Positions 45,685 to 59,000 of a stretch of DNA of 64,000 bases are shown one piece after another (position 1 is the first letter of the stretch; every line of letters begins with the position of its first letter). A program made the position numbers and the translations under genes. This stretch comes from Schmidtea nova (taxonomy: Eukaryota). The DNA lies in NCBI GenBank assembly GCA_044892505.1, contig CM097883.1, positions 101,060,001-101,124,000 on the forward strand, in the 5' to 3' direction. The notes below the pieces were generated by a model, which made no database searches, had not been told where the DNA came from, and worked only from the letters and a program-made list of their open reading frames with translations.

Positions 45685-46725
45685 CTAAAATAATTATTAA
45701 AATAATATTATAAAAATTAAAATTAACTTTAGATTGAAAACCACGGTAAAAAAATTTGTTAATTTCTCTCCACATTTTTTTTAAAATTTAACAATACTAT
45801 AGATTTAAACAATAAACTATATAATATTAAAAAATATAAATTATTAGATAATCGTATTTATAATTTATCGTATTATTGTTAGGTACGGTTATTTGCATGA
45901 TAAAACATTTGAGATAAACCTGTGTTTATTTTTCATTTAATAATGTTTTATTTTAATTTGTATTTCTTAATTTTATTTTGCAATTGTTAATAATTTGATT
46001 TTAAAAGGATTATCAACAATTGAATGACATAAAATAAAATTTAAATAAAATTTAATGTTAAATATTTAATAATATTCCAAAGATGAAATTAACTAAATCA
46101 GATTTCAATAAAAAACAAATTAAAAATAAATACTACTAATTACATTTGTCACACAAATAGATGAACGATCTCATATTAATTTTATATCTGGCAATTATCT
46201 ATAGTTATGTTTTTGACCCAATAAAACGAAAACAGATAGTAAAATGCCCGCAAACAATTCAAAAAGGTCAAAAATGGAACTATAATATTTAAAATAATTC
46301 AAAGGAAGTTGAAAAGGTTAAAAAATAACACCGAATGAGATAAAAATGAATAAAAATCAGATGAAAGATAAAAAATAAATGATGACAAATAATTCTTTTA
46401 AAAAAATATTTAATTCGGACAAAAACTACAAAAACTAAGTAATATTTTTTTACAGTACACGATACCGGTTATAAACAAAATGGGGAATAATTAATTAAAA
46501 ATAAACAAAGGAAAATTAGACAATTGTTTGGTTATTGGGTTGTTGGTGAAATGGTAGAAGTTACCAATCAAATATATGTTTCCAAAGCGTGCCTTTTATT
46601 GACCCACAGTATAACAATTTTCAATGACACAAACTTTATTGATTATTACAATGAATTACACGATTCAAAATATCACGATCAATTCAATACCTCTTTAGAC
46701 AAATATACGCGCTTATTATGATACT

Positions 46726-47630
46726 TCGTAAGGAATAGCTCTATTGTATAATGTCTAGAAAACAACAACTACTAACAACTGATTTGGATTTAAATATCGA
46801 TAATTGATTTCGACTGTCTCCGCGCTTTGACTTTATCTTTTACTCAATATTCTTTGGCCATATAAATTCTCGTCTGCTTAGCTTCGTTTGTCTTTGCAAC
46901 ACAAATTTTATCTCGGCAATTGATTCAATCAACAAATTTCGTTTCCTATATCATATTTCTCCTTTTCGTATTTCATTTCAATTTTTAAATTTCACCTCTG
47001 TTTAAGTTTCAATTTTCTCTTTATCAACTTCAAATTCTCTAACAAATTATGTCTCAAACAAATTATTTTAACAACTTCTAATTCAATTCTTCCTTCTCAC
47101 GATTTCTGTCACCCTTTCTGATTCTCTAATAAATCTCGTCTCCCACAATTTCTGTCTGAACCTGGTGTGCCCTTCCCTTTTATAACTCGTCAAATTTTGT
47201 GGTACTAGAGATAATTTTGTTTTTCGCATTTTGATTCATGTACATCTCGTGTTTTTTTTCATATTCCCGTTTTATCTATGACAGCTGTCTAGATTACTTC
47301 AGATTTCCCTTTTTCATTTTTAAGCCGACTTTTATCCGCACTCCTGTTACCTGACAAGCTGTTAAGATTTTATTTTCCTACTTGTTTTTGTTTTCGTTTT
47401 GAAAATTTCTTTCGCGTTTTTGTATTTACTAATTTGGAATGACTTTTGTTTTTGATTTCTTGTTGATCTCTTTTGTTTGTTCCCAACTTCTCATTTTCCA
47501 ATTTTTGGCTGTGTCTTTTCTATTTTACGGGCTTCAATAGATCACATTATTCGTTGAGTCAATTTTCCCCCCAGTTAATTTTATTATTTATATATTATTT
47601 TGAATTTTAGGCATCCTTAACACAATCAAT
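46726..47630 (-). mobile_element. Degenerate LTR-like repeat related to 12694-13405
   Basis: Colinear similarity blocks; boundaries approximate. Confidence 0.35.
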
Positions 47631-49189
47631 AAAAAGTAAGAAAGATATGAAAATAGTTTAGAGAGAAACAAATTGGTCGAGAAACACAAAGAAAGTAATA
47701 AAATGCGTGAGCGGCAATACTTATAAGTCAGAATGCTAACACCCATGTACAAAGCAACTATATATGGGGAACTTTATAAGCCAAAACTCAGCCAAAGTGA
47801 TTTTTGTTTGAAGCAAGCGATAATACAATATGAAGGGACCGTCCAAGAAGTATATTTATTTAATAAAGCCAAACACTAAATAAATAAAAGTAATAAAAAA
47901 CAGGAAAAAAATATTTAAAACAAAAATTAAACAGTAGGTAAGCAATAGATAAATTAAAAAATTAGAAAAAAATTCAAAGAATTTTATAATTAATAATTTT
48001 ATTTAAAATAGCTTAAATGTTGTAAAACTAAATTTAGTAATTTACACAATGAGATTCGACTCCTATCTTATTCAATTATCTCTTGTTTTGCTACGTTAAA
48101 TTTAATATTCTCTAATTTTTCTTTGATTCCACGTTTTACAATAATTAAACTTTTTTTTGTCTCAACAAATATTTTTATCAATTTTATTTAATATAATTCT
48201 TTTTTTCCAATTCATACAATTTTATTGTTTCGTATTGTTTCAATTTTTTGTATTATCTTCTAATTTCTTAATTTTTTGCTCGCTCTTTCTTCTCCATATT
48301 TCAGAACATCAAACCGTTTACTATATCATTTCCCCATTCATTTTATTTATTTATGGTATTATTTAATTTTATTATTTAGGTATCCTCAAATATATGAAAA
48401 AATAGATATTTGAGTATATCCATGTTATTAATCTAAGTAGAGGGAAGTCAGTGCTCTGGCACAAGCCATTTATCCATATACTGTATAAATTACGTAATAA
48501 TTTTACAGAAAACCCCACTTAAATATTTTGGAATGGTTTACAAAAAGTTATATGGTACTGAAGTATCACGTGTTAAATTTGTATATTACATATAACTTTA
48601 TATTCGTATTTTTTTAATAGTTTATTTAATAATTTTATTATGTAATCGATGACATTTTTCAAAAACTTTCAAATTCTTTCAAAAACTTTCAAATTTATTA
48701 TTTTTTCGAAATATTTTCAACAAATTAAGAAATAAATGGAGAATTTTAAGTCCATGGACAATTTAAACGTGTAAAGGGTCAACTCTCACAATTTCCAAAA
48801 TTAAAAAAATGGTCAAAATTCTATAATTTTTATACTAATTTACTGAGAATTGAATAGTGAACCAAAATGGTAAAAAACGTCAAAACTTGAAAAATATGTC
48901 TCATCCGGCCAAGCTTTACATGTAAAAGGGTTGACTCTCACAATTTCCAAAAAAATTAAAATTGATCAGAATTCAATATTTTTTATACAAAAATACTCAC
49001 AATTTAATGATGAACGATAAGAAACTTGACAAAATTCATAGAAATTAGAAAAAACATCAAAAATGCAAAAGAATTTTAAAATAAATCTTTATTTAAATAA
49101 AATCTTGGGCTTGTTCATCGGCGAATTGATCATCGGTTTCGTCATCAGTATCATCCCACACCCCCATAACCACATTAATTCTTTTATAA

Positions 49190-50150
49190 TGACAATAAGC
49201 AAAACTCTCATCTTTAGATATACTAAGTTTTTTATTGTCAAAGTTGGTCAAAACTATTTTACAACTTTTATTAGTAAAGAGCTGGTGATTCTTACTCATT
49301 ATTCTAGGCTGGTGGACAGAAACTATTGAATTATTATTATAAAAGTCCAGGTACGACTGATACTTCAGTTCAGAATCCTAGATGTTATACTCTTAGCCCT
49401 AATACTCTCTTTTTACCTAAAGGTCTGTAACATTTTGGCCTAAGAAAAAGCCACTCCTTGTACTTGAGTCCTTTATCCTCATCTTTGAATTTTCCAAAAA
49501 CGGAATCTAGTTTCTTGAGTAAAATGGATGATTTGGCTCATAATTCAAGGTATCTAAAAGCCTATCCTTAACCATAGCCGAAAAAAAGAACATCTAACTT
49601 ACAATTCTTGACTTCCAAGAAAAAAGAGTTTGTATCGCCAGCAAATATATTAATCTCACAATTGAATTCATTACGATATTGTTGTAATTCTTCATATTGG
49701 AGTTGATACATTCTAAGTTTAGATGGATCCAGTACGGTTTAACCAATGTAACTGGGTCTATCTAATTACAGAGAGTCCTTCGTCAATCAATATTTTAAGT
49801 TTTTCGAACGGTACGTTTTTATGTATCTATAATCAGTTTTGATGCTAAATTACATAGTCACAAATTAAGTCTTTTCTTTAGATTCTCTACAATCTTTCCG
49901 TAAAGACTGTTATTCAAGAGTTTGTAGTAATTCTTATCAAGAGCTGTAGAAAAGGCTGTCTGAGCTGGGTATTAGTGTCAATATAATTTTTAAAAATTAG
50001 TTTCTGTTTATATTGAACCGCCAGGTGAAATTTGGTAATTGTAACACCCAAAGAAACAAAAGGCTTGATAAGCCTCCAAGAGAGAACACAGTTCAACTTT
50101 GGATAATGTGTAATCATCAGCTTCTCAACTTTTAAACCCGGATTACACAT
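49190..50150 (-). pseudogene. Polinton/Maverick-type family B DNA polymerase relic
   Basis: YYKLLNNSLYGKIVENLKKR (motif III), AGDTNSF (degenerate DTDS), FLRPKCY, KIVLTNFDNKK...FAYCHY (C-terminus). Many stops and frameshifts. Confidence 0.75.
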
Positions 50151-50505
50151 TCTCTCTCTGCAACGGGGAAATAATTTACTTTATCGTGTATTTTTTGAAC
50201 TGATTTAAAGAAAAACTCGTCATATAAAGATGTTGGCTTAATGCCCACCCATATAAATTATTTTTATCAATGTAAAGCAGTTCAGTCATTTCAGAGGATA
50301 TTACATAGTGCTTGTTGACAAATGTCAAACTACCACGGATCCCCCTTTGAAAAAATTATAAATCTCCAAATCCTTGAGCAAATAAGCGCAGAAACCCACA
50401 GTATACCTGGAGTCCCAAAAAAACTCAAACGCTCAAGTTTATTGTGTGCTATGGACTTAGTTCTAAAATTAATTTCATCATTTATTTAATAGCTATATAC
50501 CCACA

Positions 50506-52124
50506 ATGTGCGAACAAATGAAGAATCGCTTTAATCAAATAATTTCGGATGCAATGCCAGACAAAAATACAACAAAAATTAACCAAACAAAATACAATTT
50601 CTTAATGCAACAGGTAAAAATTGCAAGGAATGGAGGTAATGTAATCAACAAACATTGGCTGCTGAAACACTATGATGCGTTAACGGTGGGTGGAAGGGAA
50701 CACCTCATTTTCCCAATAGTAAGTTCACAAATACTATATTATGTTCCAATGGAACAATTATTTGATGTTTTATACGATACCCACCAAGCTATTGGTCACG
50801 GAGGATGGGACAGAATGAGGAAACAGTTGGGAAAAAATACAAAAACATCACGTTTCACGACATTCAAGCATTTCTCAATATTTGTGAGCCATGCCTGCAG
50901 AAGCGTAAAACAGAGAAAAGGGGTGTGGTGGTGAAACCAATGGTGTTCTCGGAGTTTAATAGCCGATGTCAAGTGGACTTGATGGATTTTCAATCTCAAC
51001 CTGATAGGGAATTCAGGTTCATAATGGTCTATCAAGACCACTTGACAAAATTTGTCATTCTTAGAGCGCTGAGAACTAAAACGGCAGAAGAAGTGGCAAA
51101 TGAAATACTGCAGATATTTTTTATATTTGGAGCACCGTCAGTATTACAATCTGATAATGGACGTGAATTTTGCAACAAAATTATAGAGAACTTGAAAATG
51201 ATGTGGCCTGGATTAAAAATTGTTCACGGAAAACCTCAACACAGTCAGTCACAAGGCAGCGTCGAAAGAGCGAACCAAGACATAGATAATAGGTTAACAA
51301 CATGGATGTTATATGAAAATTGTAATAATTGGAGTAAAGGATTGGGATACGTCCAATTTATGAAAAATAAAGCATTCCACCCGGGTATCAAACGGTCTCC
51401 GTATGAAGCAATGTTCGGGCAAGCTCCTAAAGTCGGACTGTCTTCGTCAAATTTTCATCCTGACCATGTTGAAAATGTAAATACTGAAGAAGACCTTGAA
51501 GTAGTTTTGGCCACAGTGATAGTGTCAGACGAGGCAGATGCTACACATAATGAAGAACTTATTTCCGAAAAAAGAAAATGTATTATTTTTGGCCTGGAAC
51601 TAGAAATTCAGGAAGATGAAAGTGAAATATGTATTTTTTGTACACAAAAAGAGAATTCTCACAAAGCTCGACAGGATGCTAAAGTAAATCTCGAGATTCA
51701 GACAAAACGTATGAAGCAAATTTCAGATGCCAGCCATCCTGCAGCCGAAGAGGGAATGACGGTACGGGTCAAAGTACCAGATGTGGATAGAGGGAGAGGT
51801 TATGCACGGTCACTATTGGCAACCGTTCTCTCCGAGACCGATGATGGTTACTTCCAATTGGGTACGAGAAATGGTCTGCTAAAAGGACTGTATGCCAGGT
51901 CACAGTTTAGTGTCTGTCCTGAACAATTAATTTCAGGTAACAGCATACCAAACAGTGAATTACCTATTCGGTTCATTGCTAATATGCGATCGGTTGGCTC
52001 GGGGCAGGGCTTCGTAAAATGCAATTGTAAAAGTAAATGCAATACTAAAAAATGCTCATGTATTAAAAATAATACACAGTGTAATTCAAAATGTCACTCG
52101 AGCATGCCTTGTTGCAACAAATAA
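50506..52124 (+). mobile_element. Ginger-like / KRBA2-SCAND3-like DDE integrase with C-terminal Cys-rich (CXC) domain; one -1 frame break near 50830
   Basis: HQAIGHGG...CEPC zinc finger, RCQVDLMD, YQDHLTKF, LQSDNGREF, SQGSVERANQ, SPYEAMFG, and C-terminal CNCKSKCNTKKCSCIKNNTQCNSKCH. No TIRs identified. Confidence 0.85.
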
Positions 52125-53021
52125 TTATTTAATTGTATTGATGCTTGTAATTTGTACTGATGTTTATTTATGTTATTTTCATTTATATTAAATAAAATTA
52201 TTTACTGCATAAACTGACGTGTTTATAATCTCAGCCATTTTTATTACCTTTTCAACGCATACAGACTGAAGTGCACATGTCAAAGAATATTTATTTTTTT
52301 ATTATTTTAGTGTATTCTTTCATCTAGCTGCCAAGTGTTTTTAAAAGTTTTTTAATTTTTCTAAATATGTAATTATATTTAATGTGTAAGTTCAAAATAA
52401 ATTAATATATCATTCAATGTTTTATTGAGCTTGTTGTATCTCCTGCGAAATTTAAACTTTTGACTCGGGTAGTCTACAGACTAGAAATAACTGGAGCGGT
52501 TGACCGAAAGGTCCTAATTTTGAGAACACAGAAAGAGCATTTCCATCGAATATAAGAATTATTTTGATAACTAGACCGTAAAATAACTCGAATTGAATCC
52601 ATTTCCATATCTTAATCTACTTAGATGCGTATTTTAAATGAAAACAAAAAAACACGCAACTGTCAAACTGATATTCAATTATAGGTTAGAGTAGAATACA
52701 CATTCACTAAAACTTGCTAGTGAAGTTATATTTTCACCAGTAGAAATATATTTCCACTGGTGAAAATGTAATCGGATATGAATTCACTGAAACGTTAGTG
52801 AAAATATATTCTCACTGGTAATACAAATTCACTGTAACATACAAAATACTATGAAAATTTTTTATTTAAAATTAAATAAAAATTTCTTTATATTCTATAT
52901 TTGGCTTTTGTTTAAATATTTGACTCTTAATATCCTTCGATTTCACTTGGTAAAATAAGTTTTGAATTTTTATATTTGTAATTAATTTTTAAAATAATTG
53001 ATAAATTCACTTTTAATTTAG

Positions 53022-56000
53022 ATGACAAATAAAATTTCCGGTAAATGTAATGCATTGGAAAAAGGCTTAGATTCTAATTTTAAGCTTACAAAGTTTACCA
53101 CTTTAAAAGGGTGAGGTTGTAAAGTCCCTCAAGCAGATCTTAAAGGTATGCTCGAGGGACTTACAAAAAGTGGTTTATCTAATGACGGTGATTCTAAATC
53201 ATCTCTTATTAAACCATTAATAGGTGATAATTTGTATTATGGAAAAGATTTTGAAAATTAATTTGTGATAGGTATTGGACTAGATTCTTGTGTTATTCCA
53301 TTGAGGCATCACAATTTGCATTTAATTCAAACCACTGACTTTTTTTATCCGCTAATTGATGATCCATATACAATGGTGAGTGAATATATTACAATATATC
53401 ATTCAATAAAATATTCTATACTAATTTATTAATACATATAAATATATTGTTTTGAATGTGGTATTGGTAGATTTTTACTCTTATGTAATTTTTTAACCAT
53501 TAAGTGCACAAACCTTTATAATTTATTCAGACTATACTTCGCTTTTGTTTCTTTTTCAAAAATTTGTCTTTTTTCTTTAAACTATAATGACAATGTGAGC
53601 AATTACTTAAATTAATTGCGAATTTATCACAAATTTATAACATGCAACTATCACTGACTTTATCGTTAGTATTATATAAATTGTAAGATAAGATTATGTA
53701 TTAATACATCAATCATCTAATCAGCTTACTATATTCTTGAAATATCTTATCTTATATCCTATCTTGATATTTGCAATTCTTATTTCAGTGTTTAATGTTA
53801 ATGAAAAATAGATCGATATAATTTAATTGACTTATTAATTTTCTATCAGAAACCATTATATACCATTTCCCGGCCTATTTCAACATTTTATTATACAAAT
53901 TCAACATTTTTTATTCAAAGTCAACATTTTATTGTTCAAAGTCAACATTTTATTGTTCAAAGTCAACATTTTATTGTTCAAAGTCAACATTTTATTGTTC
54001 AAAGTCAACATTTTATTATTCAAATTCAACATTTTATTCGATTCGATAGACAAAAAAGAGCGCTACAACTTATAAAAGTGTTAAATCCAGGGCTCCACTT
54101 GAAGGGAATAGGGGGGGTTGAACCCCCCTTCCCCCCGCTGGTAAAAAAAACCCTATTTTTTATGAGAAAATATTCGACTTTAGCTTTAAAATTTTACAGA
54201 AATCACAAAATTTATTTATTTTAAATCAATGTAACCATAAACGGCATTTAAAAGCTCTTCTAAAGAATCTAAAATCAAATACCGGACAAAATTTTTTTTC
54301 AACCCTCCCCTAGTTTTGGTTTAGAAGTAGAGCCCTGGTTAAATCTATAGTTTTACAATAAAATACATAAATGAAGAAACAAAAAGAAATAATTTGAATT
54401 TACATATATTCAATGATGTACATGGAAGTCCTGCAGCACAGTTAGTTATGTTTCTACAAATCAATCTAAAAAAACCAGAACTATCTTCGGTTAGAAAAAA
54501 GTTGTTTCTTCCAATATTAAGTCTGACAAAATACCTGTCGCGCCTTTTCTCAATTTAGATCTAACGCCACTTTTTATTTCTGAAAATGAGTTTTCGATGG
54601 GGTTTAACATGTTAAAATACGATGAGAGGAATTTGTAGTCATAATCAAATAGAGAGGTTATTCTTTCCAAGTCAGCTTTTTTGTGAATTCTGAAATTATA
54701 TAATATTATACACATACCTCGCAAACGTTTTGTATCATAAAGAAAACAACAAAGTTCGTGCAGATATTCAACGAACATGTCGCCATTAACTGTAGAATTA
54801 GAAATGGTTTTGCAATATTGAGGACCTGTTATTGTCATGCTAGCAAGTAGTGATACAGATCTGCCTCACACTGTTGGAACGGTCACAATGGCCCGTGTTC
54901 CTATTCTGAATCTTTCATGTGTACGCCTAATATGCAAATTAAAAGATGTTTCATCGATAAAAATAGCCTTTGAAGAATCACCATTAAAGTAATTATTAAA
55001 CCATAAGGAATATTCTCTTCTTGCTGCAATGTTTTGAGGGCGATTAACTCTGTCCAACTCCCGCTGAGACAATTTTAAAGTTATTTTAAGGTCTTTAAGA
55101 CACCTGTCGATAGTAGTCATCGAAATATGGAAGTCATCCTCTTCGGTTTCTAAAACTTCCTTTTATTTCTTTCAGTGTCATTTGAGAATTGTATGTAATT
55201 AAGTTTTTGATTCTGTTGACTCGACTTTCGGTGAGTTTATTCCGCCCACTTCCACCTTTAGCCTTTTTCTCGGCAGTGCCCTCCATTTTGTAAGCCACTG
55301 AAATTGTACAAGCAGTATTATAATTGATCTCTACTACTTCTGCCGCCTCTTTAATAGTCAAAGACTAAACGAATGTGACCTTTTCTCCTATTATCATCAA
55401 CTTTGTCGTATGTAGTCATATCAGCTGCGCCATTTGTTTCAACAAAGTCATTTTTATTACTATTGCTAAAATTCATGTGGTCTAAACTTTTTTGAAATTT
55501 ATATTCTGATAATAAATTAATTACAATCTTAATTTAATTCCAATAAAAACCCAAAAAACCTTCGATGAAAAAATGTTGAAATTGTTGGGCCAGGCAAATC
55601 AACAAGCATCTAAAAAAAAATAGAATCAATAAAATCAATAACCTAAAAACAAAAACAAAATAAATTACTAGCACCAAATATTCAGCAATAAGCGGCAGAA
55701 TCTAAAAGTAATAAAAGCATAAATCAAAATAGACAATAACAATAAGAACTCACCCATGCGGAATACAAATAATCTGAAAATTTGACAAGGCGTGGGCGGA
55801 TATCAACGAGAATCTACAATAAAGCAAATATTAACAAAAGATTCACGCATGATTAAACAAACAACTTACCGAATTAAAATACACAGAGAAATCAGCGAGC
55901 ATAAAAGATTAACAAAAAATGCACACATGCTCGATTCTGATTGACTGGTCAGCAACATCGTTTAGTATAAATACTGAAGCAAAATCAGTATAAGGGTCAT

Positions 56001-59000
56001 TATTTTTACCGAGTGTAATTTACAGTTACTAACTGACAACTTGTGAGTGACTGATAATCTTACGAAAAATTTGTGAATCAGCATTGAAATCGAAATAAAG
56101 GTATATTCGATCATTGTTTCATTATTATTATTTAAACCCTCATAATGTTAAAATCAATAAGTTTTGTCCCGAAGATCTAACGATCTGACGGGATTCTCGG
56201 CCTCTCGGCACAACATATTTTCATATGAGGTGCTGATGCGACGAGACCCTAGGTTTATTAAAATTGATTGTTATCGGGAAAGAGGGTGCACATGGGATGT
56301 CGAGAGCCATATTACAGGTCGTATTCCAGCTAGGGTGGATATAACAGATAGCATCTAATAAAAATAAAAGAGAGCTGAGGATAGGGAGTTAGTATTCAGA
56401 AATCTACGGTTGTTACCACATAATGATTATGCATGGGAGCCAACATTCACTGAGTTCCGAAATGAAACCGCCCGAAGGGTTATGATCATTGTTAGTTATG
56501 TATGAGTAAGAGAATGATGACATTTACATGACGGGGACATACGTGAAACCCAAGTGAATTTTAACATAAACGAAACATTATGGTACGTATGCTGATAGTA
56601 ATGAGTGATGAGTTGGTTGAGTGATTATAAAATTGTGAAATATGATAGTGATACACTAAACTACCACGATCAAGATATTATCCAAAAATTCTAATACGGT
56701 TCGCTGAACAAATCGACAAGTAGCTGATCATTCAGTTAGTATATACCCACTCAAGTTTAGACCGAAAATAGCGTGGATCATTCAACAATAAAGCTACGTG
56801 GATTAGATTATACCATCATATCTAAACCATCATTCAGGACAAATGGAGCAAGAGCCGATCACCAAGTCGATATCAAATTCATCGCTAACTAGCGGCCCAA
56901 ATCGAAAGAAACCAAGAAAGATTCATAGAAGGACCACTCGGAGACCGCAAGCCGGCATATCAAGGATAGAGCTCCAAGGGGTAGCCGATGCTCCTACGCC
57001 AGTCGTTCAACAGGCGCGTAGGCACCTCCGTTTATGGACTCGACGATATACTACCATCGCCGCTAATGTGCCATCTTGCTCCTTCCCAATACAGCTCCGG
57101 GGGAAGGAGACCCGAAGTGGCCAGTATCACCGAATCAACTGAACCAGGACTCCTCACGATGGTTCATGCAAATGCTCAACAATGCGGGTCAACCCCGATG
57201 GATCCTATGCACTTCAACAATGACGGGCCCAGAATTCTTCCGGCTCGATTACCTGCTCATGGATAGGCCTCGGTGTAGCGACACTGGGGAAATCCAGCCA
57301 TACCTACACGCACCCGGAAGCATGATATCGGCACCACCCGGAACCTGACGAGCTCAGGTTATGGGAGGTATTCACTTACCAGGATAAGCTCTGCTGGGAT
57401 CCATGCCCGGAACTCTATTGACCGGACGGCCGGAGGCGAGAGGATCGACGCCTCGACCAAGAGATTCGACCCTTCTTCTAGGGAGGAGTAACATTGATCA
57501 CGGTCTGATGTGAATTTGGAAAGAAATTGATAATAAAAGTGTTCATTAGTTATTCTTATTGTGATTTGATTGCATGAAGGTGTCTGATTGTCGAGAATGA
57601 TGTGAGAAAAGTGATGATGTAGTAATAGGTAATAATCTAAATTTCCAAGAGGCGACGGGAAGCGCGAGTTCATAGTCAAATCATAATTCGAGTTACTAGT
57701 ATAATTTCTTAGAGATGAGCCTCAATAATATTCGCAACTACAAACAGGAAGCCAAGGAGCATAGATCCCGTATTAAAGTCTTAGAGAGTAGACTGCGACA
57801 ATTAACCGACGAACACCAACGAATAAAAACCACCTGGTTCAACCCAGAACGGGCAAAATCCACCCTGCAGGCGCGTCATAGAGCAGAACAGATGGCCGAC
57901 GAACAGATGCGAGAGACGGCTGCAGTAAAGTTAGAATTACATAACTATTTGAAAGCCTCTACCCAAGAATTCATCACTCAATAATTACGTCCGCTCATCA
58001 GGACTAGCACCTTCAACCACTGGATGGAAACAACATCGGCAACAATGAGTACCCAGACGGAAAAGGAGTCCAGTTCTGCAACGACTACCCCGGAAATGTT
58101 GACACCACCTGAGGGTTCAAAGAGAACCAAGCGCCGAAATCGTCTGGGGGCGAAAAGACGACGCGAGCGTAGGGCATACGCCGAAAGGATTGGCATTGAG
58201 GTGGATTTGCTGAGCGGATTAACGGAAAGACAGTTGTTAGAGGTGATAAATCCCTCGGTGTTGTTAAATTAATAATAAATGTATAGCAGTCGACTGAATT
58301 AATTTGATTGTCTGAGGAATGATTGTGGAAATAAATGTAAGATAGATTAAAGGACACCAACTCATTTTATGCTACAGGCAACCCAAAATTGGAGTTGCTC
58401 TAGCGTAAAGGGGAAGGAGCGCATAAGACAGGGACCGAAAGAAATCCACATAAACCTTCTATCGGTAGTGGTGGACCCGTGAATAAACAAGGGAATAGTA
58501 GCCGCAAGGTTGCTCACCTGCCTTGTCATTTCACAACGTTGGCACAATACCAACATGATGAGTAGTTAGGGATACATCATGGGTGTCAGCGGGGAGATGT
58601 TTTTATGTTGGCGAGATCACCCTAACATATAAAATCGAAAATGATCTCAGTTGCACAACCAACCAACGCACCAGCAAAATTGAATGGTAAAATGTTGAAT
58701 TTGAATAATAAAATGTTGAAATAGACCGGGAAATAGTTTTATTTAAATACAATATAAATAAAAGTTCGACCGTACGTACAGAGCGTACCGTATTTTTTCC
58801 GCTGAAACGCGTACCGTACGCGTACTTTATTTTTTTGTTAAATTAATAAATATCGTACGTTTTCTTTTAGCAGTATACCAAGGGGAAGTACTTGTAAAAT
58901 TCACTGTATTATATTTATATAGTGCAATTAATTATTTACCTTTCCAACAGAAAAATGTAAAATTATTTAATACCTTCAAAGAGCGAACTGTAAGAATGAA

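Larger units (their letters stand above)
53863..58736 (-). mobile_element. Tc1/IS630-like DNA transposon with decayed transposase, interrupted by two nested insertions
   Basis: ~48-bp TIRs C(C/T)ATTTCCCGG(C/T)CTATTTCAACATTTT.... Transposase fragments 55361-54491 ([31 protein letters not shown]). About 1.5 kb once the inserts are removed. Confidence 0.85.

Noticed and set aside
45880-45900. Possible upstream micro-exon ATG CAA ATA ACC|GT for SPS copy A
   Set aside because: In-frame and possible, but there is no homology support and no counterpart was seen upstream of copy B; needs RNA-seq.
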